Assembly (NCBI GenBank): GCA_030141605.1
Contig: JAQGDQ010000079.1
Coordinates: 124,001-188,000 of the forward strand
Source: Tubiluchus corallicola
Taxonomy: Eukaryota > Animalia > Priapulida
DNA length: 64,000 bases
Direction of reading: 5' to 3'
A program made the position numbers and the translations under genes. Below the pieces are notes generated by a model that saw nothing but the letters and a program-made list of their open reading frames with translations, ran no database searches and had not been told where the DNA came from. Shown in pieces: positions 1-13,425 of the stretch. How positions within the stretch are numbered: the first letter of the stretch is position 1; every line of letters begins with the position of its first letter.

Positions 1-2603
1 ATTGATGAACATGTAACGTTGCACGTTCAATACGCTCTTGTATCGCGAGCTGGGCGACTTGTTTATAGAATACCTTTTCTATTAAAAAATCCACATCTGA
101 GCAAAGTTCCAACCACCTCCCTGCTGCCCCCGTGAAAAGCTGTAGGCGGCTATCGCTTCCTGTATTTTTGCACAACTTTCTTTTTATTAAAAGTAATGGC
201 TTGGGTGGGTGCGCGATACCTGCACGTAATTTTAATTTTCACTTTTACGATACCGAATTCTCTGTCAGCTGTATAAAGGTACAAAAACTACAGGTGGGTC
301 CATTTTGTCTATGATGGATAGACTTATCACGATGTGAGTTCAATAAAAAGCTAACTAGGTGAAAGCGTAGATTTCCTTGGTCTTTCGGACGTTGATGAAT
401 TAGTACATGTTTAATAATAGCCGGCAATCTTTTTTGCTATAATTTTCCTGCAAAACCCGCTGGACAGTGTAATAAGTAATAACCATGTCTTTACAGTTCT
501 AGTTAACCTTTTCATGAAAAGCATACAGACTTACAATTTTGTCCAACCTGTTTTTTTCGTTATTCGTAAAAAATTACATGTACTACATTAGAGCCGATTA
601 TTTTGACTGGTAATTTAATTTCGCAAATATTGCGATTGAATTACATTCTCTTCATATTTCTGTTCTATGAGTTTGATCTGGTGCTGATAAGCTGATAAAT
701 TCAGCCATTCTTCGAATAATTGTGAATTTTTGATCTCGGTCCATCCTTTGTGCCTTAAAATTCGGAGGATTTCATTTTTTTCTAAATATTTTACATGCAG
801 AAACAACCATCCACAAATTTGGTGCATTGTAGAGATGTCTACTGCCATGCAGACAGTTTAAAAAGTGCAGAGAATGGTATTTGGTAAGATAAGGTAAAGC
901 TATTAAGTGCGCTAAAACAGATTTTAAATGTCAAACGCCAAAATTGTTTTTTTCAAATGAACGCGTAAGATGAGTTCTTCTTTAACTTATTCAGTAGGCA
1001 CACCAATTTATGCATGGATGAGAAGTACTTACAGATAAATGTGTTTTGGCTCAACCCTGAGGCGGTACCGCTTGTGAAACGAGAAGCAATCAATCTTGCA
1101 CTTTGAAATGTTTAAACTTTTTCTCATTTTTAATCAAACGCAACGGAACTGTTAAATTTTTTGAGTACGCCAGAACTGTGTATTTATAGTGAAGTTGTAG
1201 ATGTAACGCGTGACACTGCAATGACCTCTTTAAAACCGCAGCGTTGAAGTCAAGTCAATTTTTTAAAGTTCATTCGCTTAAACTCCTGTTACATTTCATC
1301 TTTTTCAATTGACTTGTTTTAATTATATTAGTAGCATGCCGATTTTTTTCTTGCAAACCTGTTAGAAGAACGAAGCCAGAAGTGAAACGGCACTGTGTTT
1401 TCGAGGTTATGCTCCGAATTTATTCATAAAACTAAAGACTACTGAGCCATAAAATTAGGTTAAATAAGGCTTTCACCCCCCCCCCCCCAACCACGTACCA
1501 GATGAGAACAGATTACATCACTTGAATAACAACCTCCAGTATGTCCGCTTCCTCTCCGACAGCTGTATAAAGCGCTGTTTATAACTTGATGAGATGTGTT
1601 CGTGCTAATTACACCTTATACTGAACATAGCCGTGTTAATTACATTTCCCTATGCTGGCTTACGTATAAAATGATTTTTAATTAGGAAGGGGAGCTTTTA
1701 ATTGCTGAACATACTGCGTGCGTTAATCTTGCAGTTCAGTTATGCAAAAGATATCAACTGTATGCCTTATTAATTAGTTTCAGTGTAATAATATTGCAAA
1801 CATTTAGGTGGAACTATAACTTCAGTAACTGTAATTAAATAATTTGAAGATCTAACTCGTTTAACTGTTCTGTTATTTAAAAATTTGTCATTAACCCATT
1901 TTTATTTATTTACGTATTTGAGAACGGTGTCCAACGCTCTGTCACAATTAGAGGGCGAAAATTGCTTTCTTTTGGTGTTCTTATTGTTAACCCGTGCCAT
2001 TGTAATTATAATTAATACAAGTATCTTGTATATCTACCAGACCGTTCGTTTTTTCACTTAAATTTACGAAATGTTGACTTTAGTTAAATTCTTTACTTAG
2101 TAAAGCTAGGTAAACCTGAGGGGAACAAAAGTTGCACTCAAAGCATATGGCAAGTCACGTGATTTGTATCATCTAATTCATTTAAGTTCTCGTCAAAGTT
2201 GTAAAGACGTAATTTCTATGTTTGAGTAAGAATCATAGCTGAAAGTCAGATAAGTGCCGATGTGTGTACGTGTGACTGTACTCGTTTTATGATGATATGC
2301 AGATTGCAGACAGGTTTTTGTCGAAGCAGCTTTTGCAAAAATATGGCCTGGAGAAAGTTAAAGGTTAAATTTGCTATATTAAGTTGCAAGCGTACTTGAT
2401 AAGTAGGTTCTCAGTACATGCGTGTGTTCTGAGAACTGTAATCAAAAGCGTGTAGTCATACATAAATAGCTAGTCTTCGTCATAGATGCACATTTGCGCG
2501 AAAGGTATACAACTAGTGCTGTACTTCATTGATTATAATATTGGAATAAAAGTTGCATGGTAAGTTCATTTTCTGTAAAATATTAAGAGATCTTATATGT
2601 CTA

Positions 2604-2748
2604 TAACTATTGTCTATTGCTGCTGCTGCTTCCACGACGACGACCAGGGCTACTGCTATTGCTCCTGCTCTTGTTACTACTGCTCCTACTGCCGCTTCCA
2701 CGACTACTACTGCAACTGCAACTGCAACTGCAATTGCAAACGCCACCA
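2604..2748. repeat. Degenerate trinucleotide/hexanucleotide repeat (GCT/ACT/GCAACT)
   Basis: Directly visible; open in several frames on both strands. Confidence 0.9.
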
Positions 2749-3090
2749 CGGCCAAAACTCTTCCCCTTTCCCGCTACCTACCCATCGCGCACGTTTTTTA
2801 CTGTAACAGGGTAGTACATGTGAACACGCCTTTTTTTCTTGTCCGCCATCAAGGAATGACTCACTCCAATCACTTAATAATCTCCCCATCCATTATAATC
2901 TTGATATGGTTCTGAGTAATGCATTAATTATATTCTCTTATGTTTTAATGGTTGGTCGCATCAACTTGACATGGTTCACTCAACGCTGTGAAGAGAATAG
3001 AAACTTATCACTGAGCACTTTACTTGTGTAAATGAAGTAAGAATTATGCCTTCTAGTAAGTGACTTGAGAGTTGAGAAGGTATTACAAGA

Positions 3091-3200
3091 GGCTCATGTT
3101 TGTGGCGCAGTGGATGACGCAGTAACCTTCTCACTCTGCTGTAGAGTTTCATGAAGTATGTGAATGCATGTCTCTTACGCTGATTGGCCGTTTTTGAGTA
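3091..3200 (+). mobile_element. Possible decayed SINE head
   Basis: A-box-like TGGCGCAGTGG at 3103-3113; B box not recognisable. Confidence 0.3.
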
Positions 3201-6200
3201 ATAGTTAGATAAAACAGCTTACAAACATGACAGACCTAAATGTTGGCGATGAACTTGGAACTAAGGATTTTTTTTTGGTTGGTCGGTTGTAAATTCCCCT
3301 ATAAAGGATAGCTTTCTCGATTTGTTGGGTGAACTAAACCTGTCCTGAAACACTGGTAGCCCTTTGCTGCATGCGGCAAGTGACTTGATGGCATGGATCA
3401 CCTTTTTAATGTCACTCAGCCATCTGTTCATACCTAAATATGCAAATTGCTTAGATTACTACATGCAATTTGCTCAGATTACTTACTTCATAAGCAGACA
3501 TTTTGATATCTACCTCCTTAGTCTATACAGAATCATGACTGACGAATTTTTGAAAGACTATTTTCTGTATCTGAGGTTCGCATTCTTCTTTTTCTGTGCT
3601 TCAATTTCTCATTTGGGTATAGGAAAACTGACGCACTTGTAATGGAATTAATGGATTACGTCCTGTCTGCCTAGTGTCTGGATAATAGTAGAACGATCGT
3701 TAGATTTCCATTCATGAGCGTATTTTCATCGATCACTCTTATCTTTCTATGATGAGTGAGATGAGTCATTGTCGGATTCACCATTACCAGGCTCGTCACG
3801 TGACGCGCGTCATCAACACATGCTGATAGTACTGAAGCGAAACCAGAAGGCTTCGTGACTTTGAGCTGACGATTATATCAATTTATTTCTATCACAGACA
3901 ATTAATGCTGAGTCAGGTAGAACAACTGCACTGCAGGTGACTCATTTTCAGGTGATTACCAATACCAGAAATAAAATATGTTGCTATTAGATGGTAACGA
4001 AATACTTAGTTTTTCTTTTTGCTTTGTGAAGGTGTTTTTGCCCTTACTGGTGAAAGCCTGAAGGTCATCAAGAGACTGTTATTCGCCAGCTGGCACTATT
4101 CGATAATCTGGGCTCTTCTCTGATGAATTAATTTTATTTTTCTAATATCTAGTAGTTATACTTGAAAAGATGTTGTAATGCATGTAAAATGTATGCAATC
4201 AACGTGGATTGTCAGTGTGTTTAATATTTTATCACGTCGGTTCAGCCGACGGTTGTGTTTACGTCTGCCCTTCAGAACCATAAGTTAATGCAGACACACC
4301 GAAATTCTAGAAATGAAATATAAGCGCTGCTTAGTTGGAGTTGCAAAATCATCGGTGATATCAATAATAAGTCTGAACTAGGCAAGAAGAACTGCGCCTG
4401 TCTTTTTGTTGCCTTGACTTAAGTTTTGATATCACTCACTAAAGTAACTAAGAATTTATCGAAAAAATGTGTTTGAAAATATTTAACTACTGATGTTATA
4501 CTCCGTTTAAAATTACAATTTGCTGTCCAAAAATTGCCATTTTCTGTGTGCTCTTCGAATGTGTATGTTCGATATGTTGTTTTAAAGTGTTTAAGTGTAA
4601 TTTGCATGCACTTAATTGGGATGCTTGACCTATCTTGGCTTCCAACTTTAACCTCTATAGCAGTCAATAAATTAATATACACCTCGTTACTGAGAACATT
4701 TACATTTTTGTTTTATCTTTTACCTCCGCGTGTGACTTTAACCTGAACATGAGATTCACAGCTAACTACAAACACAACCAAAGTGTGAACGTTCCTTTAG
4801 ATGCAACGTATTATAGCTGTTTGTCGGCTGCACCAGCGAGCGATCACTGGTGTTCATGCCAATATAGTCGACCGTACATTAAATGTACAAACCTATTGAA
4901 TGTGTTTAGTGACCAAAGTCATGCGTCCATTTTCATTGAATTGATCTAGGTCAGTACCAGGTCGTGGTAATAAACCAGACACTCAACTTGCCGCCTTCCG
5001 AAATTTATGGAGCAGTCTCATCCCTCGCCTGGCTATTTATTACCCAGTCTGTATTTACAGTGTGCCCTTCTCTGTTTGGTGCCTACTTCCATTATTTATG
5101 AAACAGCGTCTGTTTCAAAGCCATTATTACTGAAGGCGTGTTACAAAATGGAGCATAAGTAAGGCAGGCGATTTATATTGTATCCAGTGAATGTTTGCAT
5201 TGCTTATACATTATTCAGTGGATAGAATTAATTTATCTGTTCGTTTTTTTGTATTTCTTGTATTTTGAGCGAATGTAGATTCTTTGTCTTTTTATTATAT
5301 GTAGTGCCTATTCTTATTGCCCTGTCCTGTGGGTTACTTAAGTAATAAATCACCATTAAAGTTTTCCGAGGTGTGATTTTTCTTCGTGAACTCCTTACAG
5401 GCACTCTTTCTGGTGGTCAACTGTAAAAGTTGAGGCCTTGAAAATTAGTTGTGATCAGAGGTGCAAAAATACGTGCAGTTTTGCAGTCGCAGCGCCCTTG
5501 CACCTGATATTTGATATAAAGCTGTAGTAATTGACAGCATGTAAGCATTAGTAGTACTTTACTCTGTTTAAGTAAGTATGATTTGTTTGTACTACGAGAT
5601 AACCGTGTTCGTTGCCTGCCACTTCACTGCCCTCGATAAAAGAGTTGACATTTTCATATACCTGCTGCTTGTTATCATAATTACAGGGTTATTCGAGCTT
5701 TCCTAATAAAAATAGAATTTTATAGTAAAATGTTTCACTTAGAGATTTTTTGCCCTCTTGCTTTGTAGTTTACTTCCCAACGCACTGACTATGAGAATAA
5801 CTGATGACTTTTTCCTTATACTTAATAGGCCGAGTACTGCGTTTAGTATTTGAATTTAATACTTGAATACTAACTGCTAACTAGTTTACTTCTGAGCAGT
5901 GTACCTTTAATAGCTGATATTTTATACATGTATAGCCTATTAGATGTTAGCCGGACCTTTTCAATTCAATGGGACATATATATAGTGTAGACATCATATA
6001 GTAACTGGTGATACTGGGTTCAAGATGGTTGTTTATGAAACTCAGTCAGGTCTGCAAGTTCGGCTGATTTTTAGTAGGATCATGCTTCTAGGCCTAACCG
6101 CATTACTCGATGCTTACTCGTCACCGATGTTAGCACAGTGACGACTATCATCGTCATTGTCATGATCATCATCTTTGACAATCCTGTCATGTGCGGTACT

Positions 6201-7245
6201 TATGGTGTTAGCTACTAGGCACCATTAACTTATCAGCTTAGTATCTACGGCTTAGTTTCTACATCGCAAAAGAAACTACAGTCAAACCGCCACCTGTCGT
6301 CTGACATGTGTTTTGGCAGTGTGCCAGCTCGAGAGGTAAATTAACCAACAAGTATGACAGGTGTGTGTGCCGTGCGCCACAATCTAGTATGAACTTTCTG
6401 TACTGGACATCTTTCAAGTACAAAAGAACATTTTAGAAGGTTTTCTTGACAACACGAACCTTTTTATAATGTAATTTGGTTACATTGTTCTTGCACCCGC
6501 AGTTTAACTGATAACCATGTTACTTTCGCGTGCAGAATGTTATCAGAAATCTGATTTGGGAACGCGACTCAAGCACGTTATATATTCGATAGTGTCAGGC
6601 ATGTACAATTTTTAACGCGCCATTTTGCAACTTTCTTAACTCTCATCGCTTTTTTTCTTTTTATGGTTTGTGCTTTGGCTGCTTGAAAACATACTTAAAC
6701 TGTTAAACGCTGCCTGATTTAGATTGGGTAATCAACCAGCAAAGTATTGTAAAATGTTTTAGAAACGAAAGTTTTGCTCTGATAATTACGTAATGCATAA
6801 TTTTGTTCCCAACCTTTCTCTATATTTTATAAAGTAGCATGATGTCAACGCATGTTTTACGTCGCGCACGAACAGACCTGCAATTAGACTTTATTCGAAT
6901 GCTATTGGCAATATTTTTGCAATGCGCGAATTTCATAGAGGCCGTAAACTGGAATATATAATATTGCTAAGTGGAGAGTCTATTTCGAATGGGGTGCGCT
7001 GCTTAGAACACCTCAGAGACAAATTGTCAGCGAAAAATGCATTGTCAAGACAAGTGCTCCTATTTTCCTCCGCGCCTGATTAATTTGTTTTGCATATTTT
7101 TGAAAGGCTTTGCAACTTATCATGTTTTGCTTTAATGGAGTTAATACCTCTGAAGTACGCCTCTGAAATTTGAACTTCGCACGAAAATGGAAAGTTTCGA
7201 ATGGAAATCAGCTCTTATGATGTATGTCACTTTAAGTGTGACCGC

Positions 7246-7339
7246 TATAAGAGTCTGCTTGACCCAGGAGACCAAATCATTTTTGTTGTGCCACACCATA
7301 GACTAGTATCGCGTAACCAAATTAACAGTACAGGTAAGT
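7246..7339 (+). promoter_or_regulatory. Putative TATA box, initiator and non-coding first exon (about 7279-7333) of the Tyr-rich gene
   Basis: TATAAGA at 7246; Inr-like TCATTT at 7277, about 31-33 nt downstream; consensus donor CAG|GTAAGT at 7334; CpG-containing region upstream. Confidence 0.6.
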
Positions 7340-7961
7340 TTAAGTTTCTACTATTAAATATAGTATTATAATGCTCAAGTTCTTGCAAATGGTAAACTAG
7401 ATCATTGAAATGAAAATAAGAAAGTGACAGATAGGCACACAGCTGCATTAAAATTTATTGCATTCAAACCACATGTTTGCTAACTGTTTTTTAACCTGCA
7501 AACGTACACGACATTTTGATTTTTTATTGATTTTAATTTTTGAAGTTTGCAATAGGGTTGAAAACCTGGTTGAAGGCTCAAATAATGATTACTAAAGTAA
7601 TAAAACTGCCTACAGTATAATGTCATCTCTTATTATAACTGTTTGTATCACTTTCCTGGCTTGTTTTATTGTTACTAGTAACATATATTAGAAGAAAGAA
7701 AATTCTCACAGAAAATTTATAAAGTTTTTTGCCATATTTTAATAATTTAATAACACCCTTTAAATCACCTCCATTTTTTGTCTTAACTTAAGAAGTAACA
7801 ACATAGGGTAAATGGCACCATCCTGTCTATTGAATTTATTTAGTTCAGCAACTAAACATTTATTTGTAATTTCATACGCCTCTAATAACTGTTTTACTTT
7901 TTCCCAACTGGTCTCGTTCACTTCAGTATAAAATTAAAAGAATTTTGTTTTTCAGGCCACC

Positions 7962-8804
7962 ATGATATTTGGCACTGTTTTGTTGCCCACGCTTGTAGCA
8001 CTAATATCTGTTTCAAAAGCACATGACTATGGTTATAATGCAGAAAAGCATGAATCTCATCCGACCACCAAAGTACCAAGTTATTTTAATACAATACATT
8101 ACGGACCTAAAACATACGGTCTCTTGAAAGGTGAAGGACGTCAATCGGAGAAGTGGTCTTATCATAGAAAGGGGAAAGCGTCTGGGGACCTCTTTATGAG
8201 AGATGCAGCAAAAGCTGCTGAACATGCAGCAAAAACTCGGGGATACCAATATAAGTACAGGTAAGCTAAGTATGTAAAATTTTGTTAGGAAATCATACTT
8301 CGTATGATTGTCCAGTCAGTAATGGTATGTGCTTGACTACAAGGGTTGAGCAGCGCATGTATATAAAATTCGTCACAGCCAGGGAAACTGTGTTTAGGTG
8401 GTTCCATTTACAGCACTGTCTCCAGTTATTTTTCTTGTTTTGAGGGGGTGTGTCTATGTATCTGTGGCTCTGACACCTTTGCAAATTCACTGTCTTGATA
8501 ATTAGCTTTGATTCTAGTCCTATTAGTACCATTTAACATCGTGTCTATGCCATTAAGTATGTGCATACAGATTGCAGTGAGCCAAACTTTATAAAAATAT
8601 TCGAGTTTTAGTTTTGATGTCCAGATCCTGGGGTATAGGCTAAAAACACATCTTAATTAGATTAACACTCAAAAGTTATCCTAATTTTTAATTCTTTTTG
8701 CTTCTTTCAGGGAAGGACATGATTATTACCAGCCATTGACGCTTTACAGTTACGATATTGAGGAACCTATTTGGGGATATAGATATAAGCCATATGTACA
8801 CTAA
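7962..8804 (+). CDS. Uncharacterised 130-aa secreted Tyr/Lys/Gly/His-rich protein: join(7962..8260,8711..8804)
   Basis: Acceptor TTTTTCAG ends 7955; perfect Kozak GCCACCATG; hydrophobic N-terminus MIFGTVLLPTLVALISVSKA; donor CAG|GTAAGC at 8261; acceptor CTTCTTTCAG ends 8710 and continues in phase as REGHDYYQPLTLYSYDIEEPIWGYRYKPYVH* with the same Tyr-rich composition. Confidence 0.85.
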
Positions 8805-8983
8805 CGTTACCATTATTCTCCCTCGTAATGATTAAACAGTTTACCAAAAGTCAATTAGCCCAGGTGACATCAGTTTCGCCTTTTTATCCGTTTTGAATTA
8901 TACAACTTCTGCCAGAATACTAGACCTAATTCAAAATTTCATTACACCAAAACTATTCAATGAAAAGACAGAAATTTTCACAA

Positions 8984-8989
8984 AATAAA
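8984..8989 (+). terminator. Polyadenylation signal of the Tyr-rich gene
   Basis: AATAAA 180 nt after the stop codon, followed by T-rich sequence. Confidence 0.6.
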
Positions 8990-10133
8990 ACATACATATT
9001 CTTTTTATTTCAAATGGATCTATTAATGTATCTTCACTGTTCAGAAGTGTTTTTTTTTGTCAAGGTGCAGTCCACAACGAAAGTTAGTCCACACAAGAGT
9101 AGCTTAAATCGAGTTATAAATCAATTAAGATAAAAACTGTGAAAAGTGGAAGAAATACAAAGGAAACTGAAAAATGATTTTTAGTTTATTCCTGATTCTT
9201 TGCGAAATCGTTTTTAATTATTCGCAAGGTACAAAGAAAATTTTTATTTCATTGATATGTTTAGAAGAACTACGCTTCTACAAAATGAAAATGAATATTT
9301 ACTGAAATTAAGACAAAGTTGTTCTTACTCTGTAATAAACCTGTTTAGTTTGTTGAATAGTCTTTGATTTAGTAAAAACTTTTGGCACATTCTGTAAAAT
9401 GTAAAATACAGTATTAGCAATTTTAGAAATGATATTCATCTTAAAATTTGTAAATCTGTATGCTTCTTCAAATAATGTAAAACAGGTATGTAAGTAGAGG
9501 ACACAGATAGTGTATTAATGAAAATTGTCATTAGGTATGTTGCACTACATTCATGAATTAAAAAAATTGTTAGCTGCTGATATGTGGGTTTAAAACTGAC
9601 TTTCCTATATTTAGAAGTATGGCCGTGATGACGTCACACTTGTTTAACAATCATGTCTCCAGTTCATTGCATGTAAATAGTCATTATATTATTTAATGTA
9701 TATAATGTATTTATTTCTACATTTGTTTGCATGTCATTGAGAAAATAAAGAGTTACAATATTGCCTAGATGTGGTTTTTAGGGTTTTAACCTTTAATAGA
9801 CATCAGATAGTCGAAATACTTGCATTATTTGTTGTTGTGAATAAACTGAATTTTATTTTTATGTAGATTTTTCTATACCAAAATTCAAGCATTTTGCATT
9901 CACAGGTGCTTTAGGGTTTGTAAATGTAAATCATAGTAAAATGATATACTGTATAAAAGCTGGTTTGTCAAATTAGATTTATGAATGTAAAATTTGAGAT
10001 CCTTCTAGTTCTGCATCTTCTGGCTTCTTTCCACCCGAAAGTAACAACACAATATATGGTGATCTCTTGGTTGTCATTCTTTCACAGTTTTTATCATTAC
10101 TGCCAACTTTGCAGCTTGTCTTTAGTAATGTAA

Positions 10134-10446
10134 TGGCGTATTCAGGCTAGTGAGTTTTCTGTCAGCAAGTTTTCTCACTGACAGCAACCTCGCGAGCATG
10201 AACTGATTTGTGAATTACTGTTGCCCAAGTTATTGCAAACGCTCCGACAGTCGCTGCAAGTTGATTTCCTGCAAGTTACACACTAGTATGAATACCTCGG
10301 CGACACTCTCGATACTTCTCCCAGTGAAGAGAATTGAATGTCAACTCATGCTTACTGTCAGAGAGTAACTCGCAGCAAGTTTTGCTTCTAGTCTGAACAT
10401 GTTTGTGAGTTAATTTGTGAGAAAACTCACTAGTCTGACTGGGCCA
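10134..10446. mobile_element. PIF/Harbinger-type (Tourist-like) MITE
   Basis: Imperfect TIRs TGGCGTATTCAGGCTAGTGAGTTTTCT / AGAAAACTCACTAGTCTGACTGGGCCA flanked by TAA on both sides (10131-10133, 10447-10449); no ORF. Confidence 0.75.
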
Positions 10447-13169
10447 TAATAGGTTTCAAAACACATCAGATATCAAGGCAAGTGTGTGCAATCTCTGTAA
10501 CTTAAATTAGTTGTTACTAAATTTTACTGCCCGGTTACCTGACCAATGGCTGTAAGCATAGCAAGCAGTAAGAGAGAGGTATGGTGATGTTTAAACAATA
10601 AAATAGTGGATACCAAAAGTATATGCAACATCATTAAATCATAACAGAAGAATTGCAAAATGTAAAAATTTGAGAACCTCAACCTATTTTGCAATGATGG
10701 TGATGTGAATTGTGTTGATAAGTGAGGCAGTGGCTTATCTTCAATGGTGAATTTGTAACTAGTCTAAATTGAAATGAATGGGAAGAAATTTTAGATATGT
10801 AAATATCTTGCTACTTAATTCAGTTGTGGTCAAAGCTATGGCTTGACTGTCAATTAAGATGCATCATCATGATCCATGTAGTTCCAGGTGGTCTTGATTT
10901 TGTATATTTGTATGGAAAGTACAATACAATTATAATTTTTGTTTATGTCATAATTAATAGAATGCTGGAGTTCCATGTACCTCATTAACGGGTTCAGGAC
11001 TTTTTTATTTTGGACACAATGTAAAGAATTTAAGACCACCAATGGAGAGATAGCAGATTAAAAATTCATGAACTTTTGAGGATCACAGAGTTAACAAAAC
11101 TAACCAGCACCATCTTCTCCAGGCCTCATGCAATTGAGTTTAAAAAATAGAGAATGAAGACTACTCACAGGCGGTATTTTCAATTAACCATAATAAAACT
11201 AATATTATGCCTGGCTTCAAATGTTCTTTCAGACAACGCTTCTATGGAGAGGGTTTCATCTGTCTGTGCTAATTTTTTGTGCTTTAAAGTTATTAGTAGT
11301 TCCAAATTGAATAGGGTAAATTTTCTCAAGTGTTGTCCACATGTTCTGGGTTATGACCACTAATGAAAGCAGCTACTGTCTATTTTGTCATTAATTAAAG
11401 TTTTTAGACTGCTGCATAGAAGCAGGCTTTGTTTTTGTCAAAACTGTTTGCATTCGGGAATGTTGCTACTTTTAGTTATATTTTTACCACGTAGATTTTT
11501 GCTAGCGCACATAATGCAAACGTTTGACTGCTACAGTTAAGTGCTCAGCACATTTATTAAATAATATACATGTTTAAGTTGTGCTTTTCTCCCAAAAGTA
11601 ACATGAGTGGAATTCAGCAAAAAGCATACATATTCTATAATTAAAATAAACTCAGCGATTTCGGGCACATGTTTTTGTGACCCTTCTGCAGATTATTAAC
11701 AGATTTTTTTAGTCACCTTGACTAAAATGTACACTGTAAGGATGTTAGACATGGCTGACTGATTGACTGATGCAGACTGCCGTGGTGCTGACTCAAGAAA
11801 AACTTATGATGTCAAAAGCAATAGTCTTATACTTTGTTCGAGTCTGTGTCGTATTGTTAATAGATACTGAACCTATACTTTTTGCAAGCACGAATGAATC
11901 AAAATTTGAAAGGCGTATACCAAGTTTGTTTAAAAAAACAGCAGTACTGGTACATTTTGACTAACACGGAAACCAAAATTGTGAAGTCAATGGTCAATGG
12001 TCAACAGTATAGACAACAAACTCACTTCGCTTAATAACTGCTGGTGTCTGCTACTGCAAGTAGTTGCACTGTGCCAGAGTATGTTTCTGGTTTCGATCCA
12101 GTTCATGCATGCAAAAAAAAGTTCGTGCCACCTACTTTTCGTGGTTTCGTCTAATGTTACACTGCTGGTGAGAAAGCCCGACACTGATTAGTTAGTTTCT
12201 GTATATGTTGTGTTTGTTGTTTTTGCAAAAAGTTAATATGTCAAGGATTACAGCGACTTTATGAGGCGCCAAAAGCGAGAGTAAATTATTGCCTTACTAA
12301 AATAAATTACAACGTTTTGCAAAAAACAGAATATGTTATATGTTGCGCGTTACTGCAGTTTATCGCAAGTTTGCAGGTTTGTGTTTCTATGACTTTGGTT
12401 GGATGAAAACATGTTAACAAGTTAAGACGTCAATATTCAACGGTCTCAACTTTGTGGTTATGAAGTACGTTTAAGAGAAACAGATAGAACAACTTTGAAA
12501 TTGGTATAATTTGAATGCTGGTGCCTAGAAGATGCCTAGAAATGACAGATCCTGTAGTCTAGCCCGCACGAGAGCCCAATTCGAATGCTACCCTGAGTTG
12601 TTCTTGAGATTAGCATATGTTTTCATTTAATGTTTTAAAATAACAAAATTGTCACAAATGTTAAGCACAGTCTTTATTTACGGGACTAAAATTTACAGTA
12701 TTATGCAGCATAATGTCAGTAATCGTGCCCACGAAAGTCTTGTTTGCCTCTTTTTAAGTGTAATTCCTTTGTGTCTGAGATTAATTCATCACCGTTTGTA
12801 GGTGATCAACAAGTAGTTGATTATATAACTGTCGACTGTTGAGCCTGTGCTTGCTGATTATTAGTTAAAGTCACTGAACTTGAGTACAAAACACGTGTGC
12901 TTTGATCTTTTGCTTGTCTGCTTCTCCTGCTGACATGTTTTGCAACTATTCAACTACATGTGTTACCTACACTGCAGTGGTGGAGGCACAGTCATTCTTG
13001 AATGTTTGAAATGTCAAGTATCTGTGGTCTAAAGAAAGATTTAAATTTTCACCATACAATGTAAGTTTGAAATAGCGCTTAAGCATTTGCAACGATTCCT
13101 TTTAAAATTATATCACAGCCAGATTAAATACGTCAAAGAGTAATTCAATGAAAAAATGTGTAGACATAC

Positions 13170-13425
13170 AAACGAACGAACACATGAACGAAGTGAGTTA
13201 AAGAATGATTAATGGACGAATTGCACAAGCGGAGAAAAGAACGAATACGTGAAGGAAAAGCCTATAAAAGCATATCAGTTTGTGTGTTGTTCAGCCATCT
13301 ATCCATCCATCCATCCTCGACCACGAACAACGAACAAACAATCTCACAATTGAACAAAAGAACGAATGATGAAATAAACGAACGAAAGGATGTATGGATG
13401 GATAGATGAGTGAATATGCGAACGA
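13170..13425. repeat. Degenerate tetranucleotide low-complexity region (GAAC/GAAT/GGAT/ATCC)
   Basis: Directly visible. Confidence 0.7.

Noticed and set aside
2513-2915. Ala/Thr-rich mucin-like, Cys/Tyr-rich and poly-Leu ORFs
   Set aside because: All derive from one degenerate trinucleotide repeat open in five frames; no signal peptide or supporting splice structure
8013-8249. Antisense ORF over the Tyr-rich gene, and antisense ORFs over Sema5 exons (e.g. 55386-55628, 59285-59524)
   Set aside because: Shadow ORFs of real coding exons with no independent gene signals
13111-13122. TATCACAGCCAG, identical to the 5' 12 nt of miR-2
   Set aside because: The 3' half diverges and there is no complementary arm to form a pre-miRNA hairpin
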